Source: Bacteroidota bacterium
GTDB taxonomy: Bacteria > Bacteroidota > Bacteroidia > Bacteroidales > DYOH01
Length of the DNA stretch: 60,984 nt
Assembly (NCBI GenBank): GCA_020048155.1
Contig: JAIFMY010000061.1
Span: forward strand, 1 to 60,984
Direction of reading: 5' to 3'
Of the stretch, positions 9,669 to 20,162 are shown in pieces; the first letter of the stretch is position 1, and every line of letters begins with the position of its first letter. A program made the position numbers and the translations under genes. The notes below the pieces were generated by a model, which saw only the letters and a program-made list of their open reading frames with translations, did no database searches and was not told the DNA's origin.

Positions 9669-11372
9669 ATGATTCTTTATAAAAATTTAGTTCTAATTAT
9701 GTTTTTTATAATGAGTATTTTGCCTAACGCAAGTGCACAATACAAAGCTATAAAATACATTCCATCCGGCAAGGCCATGGTTTCATCGGCTCACCCACTG
9801 GCCAGCATGGTAGGTACACAAATACTGCAGAAAGGCGGCAACGCCATTGATGCAGCCATAGCCACCCATTTTGCGCTTGCTGTGTGCTATCCTTCTGCCG
9901 GTAACATTGGTGGTGGAGGATTTATGGTCATACGTATGTCCGATGGTTCAACAGCAACCCTTGATTACAGAGAGAAAGCACCATTAAAAGTAGTACCCGA
10001 AACTTTTTGGGATGAAAACAAAAACCTTATAGACAGCCTGAGCCTGGTCACTCACCTGGGCGCAGGCGTACCGGGGAGTGTGGCAGGAATGTGGGAAGCA
10101 CACAAAAAATATAGCAAACTCAGCTGGGCAGAACTTATCAATCCAGCCATAGAACTGGCTGCAAGTGGTTTTGCACTTACCCGTATACAAGCTGACGATT
10201 TTAACCGACTCAGACCTATTTTTATACAGAGAAATAAGGGCAAAACAGATATTGCCTTTCTGGCCAAAGATGTTTGGAAAGAAGGCGATATATTCACACA
10301 GCCCCAATTGGCCGAAACCCTAATACGGCTGCGTGATGAAGGTGCCGAAGAATTTTATAACGGACAAACCGCAGAATTGCTGGTGCAAGAGATGAGCAGA
10401 GGCAATGGTAAAATAACCTTATACGACTTGCAAAAATATAAGGCCATCTGGCGAAAACCGTTTTCGTTTGTATACAAAGATTTTTACATAACTACTATGG
10501 GGCTGCCATCTAGCGGAGGTCTGTTGCTGGCGCAAATGCTTAAAATGCTTGAAAATAAAGATTTGCAGAAAATTGCGCATAATTCAGCAGACTATGTGCA
10601 CCTGCTCAGCGAGATAGAAAGACGTGCTTTTGTAGACAGGGCATACTATATGGGCGATTCTGATTTTGTAAAAGTTCCAGATAATGAGCTGATAAGCAAA
10701 GAATACCTGGAATTGAAAATGAAAACATTTTCCCACAAAAAAGCTACTAAATCTGAAGATATCACGCACGGAAAAATACAAGGTTATGAAAGCGAAGAGA
10801 CAACTCATTTTTCAGTAACCGATGAAGCAGGAAATGCAGTATCAGTTACCACTACTTTAAACGATAGCTATGGTTCCAAGATAGTAGTAGATGGCGCAGG
10901 TTTTATTCTGAACAACGAGATGGATGATTTTAGTCTGAAACCAGGATCCCCAAATATGTATGGATTGGTTGGCGGAACTGCCAATGCTGTAGAACCCGGA
11001 AAAAGAATGCTCAGTTCAATGACACCCACCATAGTTTCGAAACATGGAAAACTAATAATGGTGCTGGGTAGTCCGGGCGGTAGTACTATACCTACAAGTG
11101 TGTTGCAAGTCCTGCTCAATGTACTGGTTTACAATATGCCGGCCAATCTTGCTCTTTCATCCTCGCGTTTTCACCACCAGTGGCTTCCCGATCAAATTTT
11201 TTACGAGGAAAATAAATTCCCTCAGGAAATATTAAACGAACTCACAAAACGTGGCCATACATTGCAGACACGCAGCAGCATTGGACGTGTAGAACTCATC
11301 GTTGTAAACCCCGATGGCTCGTATCAAGGTGGTGCCGACCCGCGCGGCGACGATTCTGTAGGTGCATATTAA
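9669..11372 (+). CDS. ggt: Gamma-glutamyltransferase
   Basis: GGNAIDAA, GNIGGGGF, nucleophile ETTHFSV, LNNEMDDFS, RMLSSMTP, GSPGGSTI, ADPRGD; signal peptide. Confidence 0.96.
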   Translation: MILYKNLVLIMFFIMSILPNASAQYKAIKYIPSGKAMVSSAHPLASMVGTQILQKGGNAIDAAIATHFALAVCYPSAGNIGGGGFMVIRMSDGSTATLDYREKAPLKVVPETFWDENKNLIDSLSLVTHLGAGVPGSVAGMWEAHKKYSKLSWAELINPAIELAASGFALTRIQADDFNRLRPIFIQRNKGKTDIAFLAKDVWKEGDIFTQPQLAETLIRLRDEGAEEFYNGQTAELLVQEMSRGNGKITLYDLQKYKAIWRKPFSFVYKDFYITTMGLPSSGGLLLAQMLKMLENKDLQKIAHNSADYVHLLSEIERRAFVDRAYYMGDSDFVKVPDNELISKEYLELKMKTFSHKKATKSEDITHGKIQGYESEETTHFSVTDEAGNAVSVTTTLNDSYGSKIVVDGAGFILNNEMDDFSLKPGSPNMYGLVGGTANAVEPGKRMLSSMTPTIVSKHGKLIMVLGSPGGSTIPTSVLQVLLNVLVYNMPANLALSSSRFHHQWLPDQIFYEENKFPQEILNELTKRGHTLQTRSSIGRVELIVVNPDGSYQGGADPRGDDSVGAY

Positions 11373-11400
11373 AATCAAACTAAAATTTCAAAAACCAGAT

Positions 11401-13047
11401 ATGAAAAAATCAATATTCTTGTTTGTAGCAACTATTCTGCTTTTCGCTTGCGGTACAAAACTCGAACAAGCAGACCTTTTGGTGCACAATGCCCGAATTT
11501 ATACAGTAGATTCTAACTTTACCATTGTAGATGCTATGGTGGTTAAAAACGGTAAAATATTGGCAACAGGCTCAGCAAATGAATTAAAGCAAAAGTTTGA
11601 CTGTGCCGATTCACTTAACCTCGATGGTAAAATTGTATATCCGGGATTCATTGATGCACATTGCCATTTTTTTGGATATGGCCTTGCCCAAACCCGATAT
11701 GTAGACCTCACCGGAACGCAGTCGTTTAGCGAAGTGATAGAAAAAGTGGTGGCCTTTGCAAAAGAACACCCTGACTACACATGGATAGAAGGCCGCGGCT
11801 GGGATCAGAATGACTGGAAAGTAAAAGAATTTCCTTCAAATGCAGAAATCAATAAGCTTTTCCCCGACAAACCTGTATATCTCTCTCGCATAGATGGCCA
11901 CGCTGCTTTGGTAAACGATGTTGCACTGAAATTGGCTGGTTTTAGTAACATAAGCAAAATGAGTGGCGGCGATTTCTTCATTAAAAATGGAAAGCTCACA
12001 GGCTTGCTCATAGATGCTGCCAAAGACTCGATGCAAAGAGTGATACCTGAAGCCGATGACAATTTGGCTACCCAATCACTGCTCAGAGCGCAGGAAGACT
12101 GTTTTGCTGTAGGCCTCACCTCAGTGCACGATGCCGGACTTCCCTATCATACCGTAAAACTGATAGACTCACTGCAAACTGCACAAATACTAAAAATGCG
12201 TATGAATGTAATGTTGGAGCCTACAGAAGAGAATTTTGAAAAGTATGTAAAAAAGGGAATCTACAAAACCGACTACCTCAATGTGCGCTCAATAAAAGTA
12301 TACTCAGATGGCGCTCTTGGATCGCGTGGTGCACTTTTAATAAAACCATATTCCGACGACCCGCATAACCACGGCCTACTGCTTGTAAGCCAAACCGATT
12401 TTGATAAAGTGTGTAAACTTGCCTATGAAAATAACTATCAGGTATGTACACATGCTATAGGCGACTCAGCCAACCGTTTTGTTTTCAACACCTATGCCAA
12501 ATACCTGAAAGGAAAAAACGACTTCCGCTGGCGCATTGAGCATGCGCAGGTAGTAAGCCTAAGTGACCGTCCGTTTTTCTCGCAATATTCTATAGTACCT
12601 TCGGTACAATCCACCCATGCTACCAGCGATATGTACTGGGCCGAAGACCGCCTTGGAAACGAACGCATAAAAACAGCTTACGCCTATAAATCGTTGATGG
12701 AACAAAACGGATGGTTGCCCAATGGCAGCGATTTTCCGGTAGAACAAGTAAATCCGTTGCTCGGATTTTATGCAGCTGTAGCACGCAAAGATGTAAGTGG
12801 GTATCCCGAAAACGGTTTTCAGGCAGAAGAAGCACTACTTCGCAACCAGGCACTTATGGCTATGACCATATGGGCAGCCAAAGCTGCTTTCGAAGAAAAT
12901 GAAAAGGGAAGCCTTGAACCCGGAAAATGGGCAGATTTTGTGGTACTTGGTGAAGATATTATCCAAATTCCGCTTGCACAAATACCAAATATAAAGGTAC
13001 TTCAAACCTACATAGCGGGTAAAAATATTTATTTCATAAAAAATTAA
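11401..13047 (+). CDS. Metal-dependent amidohydrolase (YtcJ-like, Amidohydro_3), lipoprotein
   Basis: Lipobox LLFAC; PGFIDAHCH, RIDGHAA, KVYSDGALGSRGA, HAIGD, RIEHAQ, GSDFPVE. Start set at ATG 11401. Confidence 0.9.
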   Translation: MKKSIFLFVATILLFACGTKLEQADLLVHNARIYTVDSNFTIVDAMVVKNGKILATGSANELKQKFDCADSLNLDGKIVYPGFIDAHCHFFGYGLAQTRYVDLTGTQSFSEVIEKVVAFAKEHPDYTWIEGRGWDQNDWKVKEFPSNAEINKLFPDKPVYLSRIDGHAALVNDVALKLAGFSNISKMSGGDFFIKNGKLTGLLIDAAKDSMQRVIPEADDNLATQSLLRAQEDCFAVGLTSVHDAGLPYHTVKLIDSLQTAQILKMRMNVMLEPTEENFEKYVKKGIYKTDYLNVRSIKVYSDGALGSRGALLIKPYSDDPHNHGLLLVSQTDFDKVCKLAYENNYQVCTHAIGDSANRFVFNTYAKYLKGKNDFRWRIEHAQVVSLSDRPFFSQYSIVPSVQSTHATSDMYWAEDRLGNERIKTAYAYKSLMEQNGWLPNGSDFPVEQVNPLLGFYAAVARKDVSGYPENGFQAEEALLRNQALMAMTIWAAKAAFEENEKGSLEPGKWADFVVLGEDIIQIPLAQIPNIKVLQTYIAGKNIYFIKN

Positions 13048-13088
13048 TTTACTGAAATTCAAAATAAGAATTCCAAAGTAACAGGAAA

Positions 13089-13173
13089 TTGAAGAATGTT
13101 TTGTTAAAAAAATATGTTGAGATTGTGGAACACATTCCCAGTTACAATATCATTGGTTCAGAGCATTCTTCAA
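13089..13173. other. Nested imperfect inverted repeat between convergent genes
   Basis: TTGAAGAATG (13089-98) / CATTCTTCAA (13164-73) enclosing TGAGATTGT / ACAATATCA (8 of 9 pairs) and GGAA / TTCC. Confidence 0.4.
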
Positions 13174-13265
13174 ATTTCGAAATTCATGATTAGACAGCAT
13201 ATTATTTGTATATCTCTGATATTCAGCGCATACAGTAACAATCCATAAAATAAAAAATACTGGTC

Positions 13266-14354
13266 CTATTTTTTCGATACCACTCTATAAACCTGTATTT
13301 TATCTCTTTTGCCTTTTACATGCAATGGCTCAAAAGCCTCGGTACGAAACAAATGAAAAGTTTTGTTGTACACGCTTTCTGAAATGAGAACGGTGTTTGG
13401 GTAGTCCTTAGTAATCATTTCTATACGTTTACCGGTATTTACAGTATCCCCGGTAACACTGAAATCAATGCGCTCTTCGCAGCCAAGGTTTCCGGCTACC
13501 ACTTCACCTGAATTTATGCCAATACCCACCTGAATATCATAGCCGAGCATAGGTTTGTATCTTTCGTTCAAACACTCGAGTTTACTCATCATTTCTAAGG
13601 CACAAAAAACAGCATTTTCTTCATTATTTGCGTAATTTACCGGAGTACCAAAGGTGGCAAATATTTCATCCCCAACAAATTGATTAACAACGCCATTGTG
13701 ACGTTTTATGCATTCGGTCATAAGCGAATAATAAGTATTCAGAAAATTGACCACTTCCTTGGGGGCTAGTACTTCACTCATAGGTGTAAATCCTCGTATA
13801 TCGCAAAAAAGCACTGAAATATGTTGCAATTCACCTTCAAAAATAGTTTCTTCAGATTGGTTTACAGCTTTTTGTACAACATGTTCGGGTACATATTTCA
13901 TAAAAATTCGTAAGATTTTTTCTTGCTCAGTAACTTTTTGCTGCAATTCGTGCAACAATTTTTTGTTCTGGTTCTGCAAATTAAACAAGTATCTGGAATT
14001 TTCTATGGTCATACGCAGCTCAGTTTCTTCCCAGGGTTTGGTAATGTAGCGGTATACCTGACCACTGTTTATAGCCTCAATGATGGCTGCAACATCGCTG
14101 AAGCCGGTAAGTATGATTCGAATGGCATCAGGAAACTCATTGCGCACTTTTTCCAGAAACTGCACCCCAGTCATATTGGGCATTCTTTGGTCGCTAATTA
14201 CGAGATGTATATTCTGCTGTCCTAAAAGCTTCAATCCATCTTCACCACTTTTGGCAGTGAAAATATTGTATTCGCGGCGGAAACTAGCTTTAAACGAAAC
14301 CAAATTTTGGTCTTCATCATCTACATACAAAATATTAAATTCGGGCACACTCAT
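13266..14354 (-). CDS. Response regulator receiver + class III adenylate/guanylate cyclase
   Basis: REC: VDDE, D55 (SDQRMP), TKPW. Cyclase: FCDIRGFT, FVGDE, GIGINSGEVVAGNLG, GDTVNTGKR. Confidence 0.93.
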   Translation of the reverse strand: MSVPEFNILYVDDEDQNLVSFKASFRREYNIFTAKSGEDGLKLLGQQNIHLVISDQRMPNMTGVQFLEKVRNEFPDAIRIILTGFSDVAAIIEAINSGQVYRYITKPWEETELRMTIENSRYLFNLQNQNKKLLHELQQKVTEQEKILRIFMKYVPEHVVQKAVNQSEETIFEGELQHISVLFCDIRGFTPMSEVLAPKEVVNFLNTYYSLMTECIKRHNGVVNQFVGDEIFATFGTPVNYANNEENAVFCALEMMSKLECLNERYKPMLGYDIQVGIGINSGEVVAGNLGCEERIDFSVTGDTVNTGKRIEMITKDYPNTVLISESVYNKTFHLFRTEAFEPLHVKGKRDKIQVYRVVSKK

Positions 14355-17300
14355 GATTCATCTGCTTTATCCGAGCCTTTTTCGGGTTCGTTATTCTGTT
14401 GAATGGGTAAAGTTATTAAAAATTCACTTCCTTCTCCAATTACACTATTCACTTTTATATCGCCTTTGTGTTTTTTGATGATGCCATATGAAATGGATAA
14501 GCCAAGCCCGGTGCCATTTCCTACATCTTTGGTAGTAAAAAATGGTTCAAAAATCCGTTCAATGATATCCTGAGGAATACCTTTTCCATTGTCGCGAATA
14601 GAAACATGAACAAAATCTTCTGCTACGGATGTAGTAATAGTAATTTGCCCACCAGTCTCATTCATAGCATCTACAGCATTGGAAATGATATTCATAAAAA
14701 CCTGATTGAGTTTGCCCGGATAGCAAATAATTTCTGGCAATTCGCCAAGTTGGAGCTGTACGTCGGCCCGGTTTTTTATTTTATTTCGCAATATAAGCAC
14801 CGTACTTTGAATGCCATCATTCACGTTGGCTAGTTTCATATCGTCTTCATCCAATCGGGAGAAATTGCGAAGTCCCTTCACTATATCCGTAGTTCGCTGG
14901 GCACCTTCTTTTATGCCGGAAATCAAAGCTTCGATTTCTTCCAATGTATATTTTAAGTCAATCTGAAGTTTAAATTTCTCAACTTCTTCAAACATATTTC
15001 CCAACTTATTCTTTTCTACAGATCCTTCATATAGTTTTAGTATGGCAAGCAAATCGTCGATATCACGTTTGAGAGGAGAAATATTTCCGTTAATAAAATT
15101 GATGGGGTTATTTATTTCATGTGCTACACCGGCAGTTAGTTGCCCCAAAGAAGCCATTTTTTCATGCGAAACCAATTGCGACTGCATTGCCCTAAGGTTC
15201 TCGAGTGTGGCATTAAGTTCTTCGTTCGAAGTATTGAGCTCCTCATTTATCTGATTTAGCTTATCGGCTTGAAGTTCCAGTTCTTTTTTCTGCTGTATTA
15301 CCTCTGAAGTACGCTCTGAAACTTTAATTTCGAGTTCTCGTTGGCGCGAACGCAAATTGCGGGTACGTATCTGAATAAACAAGGCAGTAATACCAAATAC
15401 AAAAAGAATTACAGAAATGAAAAACCAAGTAGTTTGATAGAAGGGCGGTGAAACGATGATGTGAATTTCTGTTCCAGTTTCGTTCCATATTCCATCATTG
15501 TTAGAAGCTTTTACTTTGAAAGTGTACTCACCAGGTAGCAATATATAGTTTGCAGTGCGCTCATTTCCAGTCATCACCCACTCTTTGTCCATGTTTTCCA
15601 TAAAAAAAGCATACTGATTACTTTCGGGTTCCGTAAAGTTAAGTGCTGCAAAAGTAAAACTTACTCTTCGTTGAGTATGGTTTAGTTTCAACTCATGAGT
15701 AGTAAAGATTGATGTATGCAGAGGAGTTTCACCATTTGCTCCTATGGGCACTGTTTCAAAAAAGAGTTTAAAATCGGTAATCACCACTGGAGGCACATAT
15801 TCATTTCCTATCACATCATCGGGCAAAAAATTAAGCACACCTTTTTCGCATCCCATATACATGCGGTTGTTTACAGAACGGTGTATGGCATTTATGTGAA
15901 ATTGAATACAGTTTATTCCGTCATTTTCATCGAAGGTAACAATATTTACGCCGGCATTTTTGGTCACTTTCACTTTAGCCAAGCCCTTTCCGGTAGTAAT
16001 CCAGAGGTTATTTTTGTCATCGGTAAGCAAGGAGTACACGCCATTATCGGGCAAGCCATCTTTTTTGGTAAGATGCAAAACATGAAAGTTGACAGGGTCG
16101 TAGCGCATAAGCCCGTCTTCAGTACCTAGCCATACAAAACCATTGTTATCTGACACACAGTTATTTATCTGACTTATTTTTTCAGAATATTCCTTTTTAA
16201 GCATAGGCAGGAAAGAATCGGAACCGGCATTGTATTTAAACAACTGATTAGTAGCCACAAGCCATATCTGGCCCTTATCATCGCTGGTTATATAGGTGAT
16301 TTCCTCACTAGGCAATTTACTATTCAGTTTCGAATAAGAAGAGAAACGTGTACGTTGGCTGTTTATCATCACCAAACCTTGTCTTGTAGCAACCCATAGG
16401 TTGTTGTAACTATCTTCGCACATAGAAAGGATATCTGAAAAGAGCATTTCAGCAATATCATTATTCTTCACATCGAGCAATACCGGGGCATCGTATGCAT
16501 CGTTTTTTGCAGAAAGTTTGGAGTAGTACAACCCTTTGCCTGCTGTTCCTATCCAAATATTGTATTGATGGTCGGTGTGCAAGGAGTAAACTACATCTAT
16601 GAATTGATTGTTGGTTGGCCTGACAATGTTCGATGTATTTTTGTCCATATCGTAGGTTATCAGCCCATTATCTGTACCCATCCAAACCTTGTTTAACTTG
16701 TCGGTGGTGATGGCATAAACATCGGTAGATGGGAAGAGCCACGATGTGGCATTGTTCTCAGGAAATTGTTTGAATATTCTACTACGTTGATGCACAGTTA
16801 CCGCACCTTGCCCATATGTACCAGCCCATAAGAGTCCGGATTTATCAATATATACATCGTACAGGTAGTTATTGGGCATGCTGTTTTTGTGGCTGCTTTG
16901 CTGAAAAACCAGAAGCTCATCAACAGATTGCTGCCAAAAAAACAAACCACTTCCAAAAGATGAAGCCCACATATTGCCCTTCCTGTCAATTTCAATATCT
17001 GTAATCTCGGCGTCTGCAAGTACTTCTTCATCGGGCAAAAAATTTCTGAATATCTTTTTATCGTATGAAAAATGCTTGATCCCTCTGTCGGTACCCAACA
17101 ATAAATCGCCTGTAGATTGCTCAGCAATGGCAGTTACTGCAAAATTGGCAGGAGTAGTATGGTTTCTTTGTGGAAAATTATCTCGGTAAATTAAGGTATA
17201 ATCAAGTTCTATGAGTCCATTATCGGTACCCAGAAAAATACTTTTGTTAGAATGTATAAGTATGTCGCGTATATTTTTGCTTCCAGGTATATGCCCTCTT

Positions 17301-17851
17301 ATAGGGAGATAAACCTCTTTCAGTAATTTAGCATTCATGTTGTAGTAAAACAACCCTGTATTTGTGCCCACGAGTATTGCCTCATTGTTGTAATTTACTA
17401 TTACATTCACTTCCACCTGTAGAAGGGATACAGAGTCGTTGTTGCTTATCGGCAGTTGCACAACCCTATCGGTATATTTGCTATAGGCGTACAAACCTGA
17501 ATTGCGGGTAGCAATGTATACAATTCCATTTGGTGCCTCTGCCAAACTTACAATAAAATCGCGGTTAGAACCATGTCTGCCGGGCAAAGGATACACAGTA
17601 AATTGGTTGCCATCGTACCTGTTCAAACCATCTTGTGTACCTATCCACATGAAACCTATAGAGTCTTGCGTAATGCAGTTTACCACACTTTGCGACAATC
17701 CTTTGTCGGTATCGTATTTTGCAATTACAAAAGACGACTGCTGAGCATGGATATTAAAATATAAACCTAACAAGATTAAAACGAAAATACCCCGGTTCAA
17801 AACCTGAGCCACATTATGATAATGAGGAAAAGAATGGGTATTTGAACGCAT
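14351..17851 (-). CDS. Periplasmic-propeller sensor histidine kinase (Reg_prop + Y_Y_Y + TM + HisKA + HATPase)
   Basis: GLSQSVVNCITQDSIGFMWIGTQDGLNRYDG; YAFFMENMDKEW...PGEYTFKVKASNNDGIW; H-box AGVAHEINNP; N-box NQVFMNIISNAVDA; G boxes DNGKG and GTGLGL. Confidence 0.93.
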   Translation of the reverse strand: MRSNTHSFPHYHNVAQVLNRGIFVLILLGLYFNIHAQQSSFVIAKYDTDKGLSQSVVNCITQDSIGFMWIGTQDGLNRYDGNQFTVYPLPGRHGSNRDFIVSLAEAPNGIVYIATRNSGLYAYSKYTDRVVQLPISNNDSVSLLQVEVNVIVNYNNEAILVGTNTGLFYYNMNAKLLKEVYLPIRGHIPGSKNIRDILIHSNKSIFLGTDNGLIELDYTLIYRDNFPQRNHTTPANFAVTAIAEQSTGDLLLGTDRGIKHFSYDKKIFRNFLPDEEVLADAEITDIEIDRKGNMWASSFGSGLFFWQQSVDELLVFQQSSHKNSMPNNYLYDVYIDKSGLLWAGTYGQGAVTVHQRSRIFKQFPENNATSWLFPSTDVYAITTDKLNKVWMGTDNGLITYDMDKNTSNIVRPTNNQFIDVVYSLHTDHQYNIWIGTAGKGLYYSKLSAKNDAYDAPVLLDVKNNDIAEMLFSDILSMCEDSYNNLWVATRQGLVMINSQRTRFSSYSKLNSKLPSEEITYITSDDKGQIWLVATNQLFKYNAGSDSFLPMLKKEYSEKISQINNCVSDNNGFVWLGTEDGLMRYDPVNFHVLHLTKKDGLPDNGVYSLLTDDKNNLWITTGKGLAKVKVTKNAGVNIVTFDENDGINCIQFHINAIHRSVNNRMYMGCEKGVLNFLPDDVIGNEYVPPVVITDFKLFFETVPIGANGETPLHTSIFTTHELKLNHTQRRVSFTFAALNFTEPESNQYAFFMENMDKEWVMTGNERTANYILLPGEYTFKVKASNNDGIWNETGTEIHIIVSPPFYQTTWFFISVILFVFGITALFIQIRTRNLRSRQRELEIKVSERTSEVIQQKKELELQADKLNQINEELNTSNEELNATLENLRAMQSQLVSHEKMASLGQLTAGVAHEINNPINFINGNISPLKRDIDDLLAILKLYEGSVEKNKLGNMFEEVEKFKLQIDLKYTLEEIEALISGIKEGAQRTTDIVKGLRNFSRLDEDDMKLANVNDGIQSTVLILRNKIKNRADVQLQLGELPEIICYPGKLNQVFMNIISNAVDAMNETGGQITITTSVAEDFVHVSIRDNGKGIPQDIIERIFEPFFTTKDVGNGTGLGLSISYGIIKKHKGDIKVNSVIGEGSEFLITLPIQQNNEPEKGSDKADES

Positions 17852-17853
17852 CG

Positions 17854-20037
17854 TTATTGTTGTCTGAAGGTATCACGTTTTAAATTTCGGTCATAGTATG
17901 GTATGCCAGCGGCTTCCAATTCCTGTTTTGCTGCCAGCAGTTTTTTGTACAGAAAATTATGGGTGTCATACTGCGCCCTTACAGGAACATCGGTTTCACT
18001 TCGCAGTATGGGGTGCATTTCCAAATCGGAAGTTATGAGATGGGCTTTGGTATTATCTCGAAGTTGTAATTGAAGTATCTGATACAATTCTGCTTTTATT
18101 TCTTCATCAAATATGGGTACACCGGCCTCTACCCTCCGGGTTAGATTTCGTTTCATCCAGTCAGCCGAAGAAATATATGTATCGTTTTGGCCATTGTTGT
18201 GAAAAATGAATACACGTGAATGCTCTAAATATCGGTCAATGATACGAACTACCCTGATGTTTTTGCTATATGCCTGCCCAGGCACCAGGCAACAAATACC
18301 CCTTACTATGAGGTCTATTGTAACACCGGCTTCACTGGCTTTATAGAGTTTGTTTATCATTCCAATTTCTTCAAGGCTATTCATTTTCAATATCATATGC
18401 CCTTTCAATCCTTTTTTTACATGCTCAATTTCTCGGTTTATAAGGCGTGTAAACTCTTCAACCATATTAAAATTAGGTACTAGCAATTGCTTAAACTTAA
18501 TTTCAGGAGATTTAGTTTCCAAATATACAAACATTCTTTTCAGCTCATCTACCAATTCTTGGCGAGAGGTAAACAAACCATGATCCGCATATTGCTTGGC
18601 AGTTTTTTCATTCAGGTTTCCGGTTCCTACAAATGCATACCCACGGCGGATATTATCTTTAGACGACCGTCTGATAACCAAGGCAACTTTCGAATGTACT
18701 TTTATGCCAGGTATACTTTGCATCACTTTTATACCAGCACGTTGCATGATGTCAGCAAAATAGAGGTTCTTCGCTTCGTCGAACCTGGCTTTTACTTCTA
18801 CAAAAACTGTTACATTTTTGCCATTGCGGGCAGCACTTATCAGGGCACTTACCACTGCACTGTTGCTGGCCACTCGGTATTGAGTAACTTTTATTTCTTC
18901 CACTTTGGGGTCGGTAGCAGCTTCGTTCAGGAAGCTAATCAGATACTCAAAAGAGTGATAAGGAAAATGCAACATTATATCCCTCAATTTTATAGCATCA
19001 AATATAGAGGTATACCGCATGAGGATAGGATGATCCATATGAGGCAAATCGGGAGCTTCGAGTAAAGGTTTTTTCGGATTGGGAAAATCGTGCAAATCGT
19101 GCAAGTTATGGTACTCACCACCGGGCACCATATCCTCCTTCGAAAGGTTAAAAGCCTCGCGCAGAAGTCTCAGTGAGTTTAAAGGTATGCTTCGGTCGTA
19201 CAAAAAACGAGCAGGCGCACCGGTTTTTCTACGTATAAGACTTTGGCGAATTTTTTCCATCAAATTCCCTTTATATTCATCTTCGATAGAGAGCTCGGCA
19301 TCTCGTGAAACTTTTATACTATAAGCATTTTCAATTCGATATCCCGGAAAGATACGATACAAATTGAGTCTGATCACATCATCAAGAAACATGATATGAA
19401 AATTCCCATCGTTGGATGGAATTTGCAAAAAACGGGGCACATGATGTGCCGGAATTCGAACAATAGCATGTTTGACTCTCTCTGTACCCGTTTTATTCTT
19501 ATTCACAACCATTTTTTTGCACAGTCTTATGGCGAGATATCCAACGTTGTCTTCTAAAAACGACAATATCTTGCCTTTTTCGAGCAATGATGGCTGAATA
19601 TGCGGCATTACTTCGTGATAAAAGTAATCTTCTACAAAATGAAATTGTTCTACCGATAGTTTGTCACCGCTCTGGTATAAGATAATACCGTTTTCCGCCA
19701 GTTCGTTCCACACTTTCACCCTGAAAAGATTTACAAATCGATCCATTTGCTGCGTAACTTCCTCATTTATAAGACCAATAAGGGTATGCGGATTAAAATC
19801 CAGTTTTTTTCGGCTTTCGGCTGTCAGACCAAGTATACTACGCACAGATGCAACCCTGACTCTGTAGAACTCATCCATGTTTGATGAGTATATAGCCAGG
19901 TATTTTATACGTTCGTATAGAGGAAGATTGTTATCATCGGCCTCTTCAAGTACCCGCAAATTAAAAGACAACCAGCTTAAATCCCGGTTGTGATAAGTAT
20001 ATTTTTCCTTGCTCAGATTGTCAGTAATACTTGCCAT
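17854..20037 (-). CDS. ppk1: Polyphosphate kinase 1
   Basis: NRDLSWLSFNLRVL, IYSSNMDEFYRVRV, LHFPYHSF, YRVA, ARFDE, VHSKV, GTGNLN, YLEHSR, SSADWM. Start set at ATG 20037. Confidence 0.96.
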   Translation of the reverse strand: MASITDNLSKEKYTYHNRDLSWLSFNLRVLEEADDNNLPLYERIKYLAIYSSNMDEFYRVRVASVRSILGLTAESRKKLDFNPHTLIGLINEEVTQQMDRFVNLFRVKVWNELAENGIILYQSGDKLSVEQFHFVEDYFYHEVMPHIQPSLLEKGKILSFLEDNVGYLAIRLCKKMVVNKNKTGTERVKHAIVRIPAHHVPRFLQIPSNDGNFHIMFLDDVIRLNLYRIFPGYRIENAYSIKVSRDAELSIEDEYKGNLMEKIRQSLIRRKTGAPARFLYDRSIPLNSLRLLREAFNLSKEDMVPGGEYHNLHDLHDFPNPKKPLLEAPDLPHMDHPILMRYTSIFDAIKLRDIMLHFPYHSFEYLISFLNEAATDPKVEEIKVTQYRVASNSAVVSALISAARNGKNVTVFVEVKARFDEAKNLYFADIMQRAGIKVMQSIPGIKVHSKVALVIRRSSKDNIRRGYAFVGTGNLNEKTAKQYADHGLFTSRQELVDELKRMFVYLETKSPEIKFKQLLVPNFNMVEEFTRLINREIEHVKKGLKGHMILKMNSLEEIGMINKLYKASEAGVTIDLIVRGICCLVPGQAYSKNIRVVRIIDRYLEHSRVFIFHNNGQNDTYISSADWMKRNLTRRVEAGVPIFDEEIKAELYQILQLQLRDNTKAHLITSDLEMHPILRSETDVPVRAQYDTHNFLYKKLLAAKQELEAAGIPYYDRNLKRDTFRQQ

Positions 20038-20135
20038 ATAAATCCATTTATTTGCTTTAGAGACTCTAACGACTTTTTTGAAAAGATATTTTTTAAATTT
20101 CAATATTAATATAGACCAAAAAACTATCTTGTCAA

Positions 20136-20143
20136 CAAATTTA
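20136..20143 (-). promoter_or_regulatory. Candidate -7 box for the ppk1-HK-cyclase operon
   Basis: Minus strand TAAATTTG in the short divergent ppk1/pepD gap. Confidence 0.45.
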
Positions 20144-20162
20144 TAAAATAATTAAACAGATC

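Noticed and set aside
13266-14354. Pycsar/CBASS-type anti-phage cyclase
   Set aside because: Fused to a receiver domain behind a cognate histidine kinase, with no TIR or TM effector adjacent; the context is signalling.
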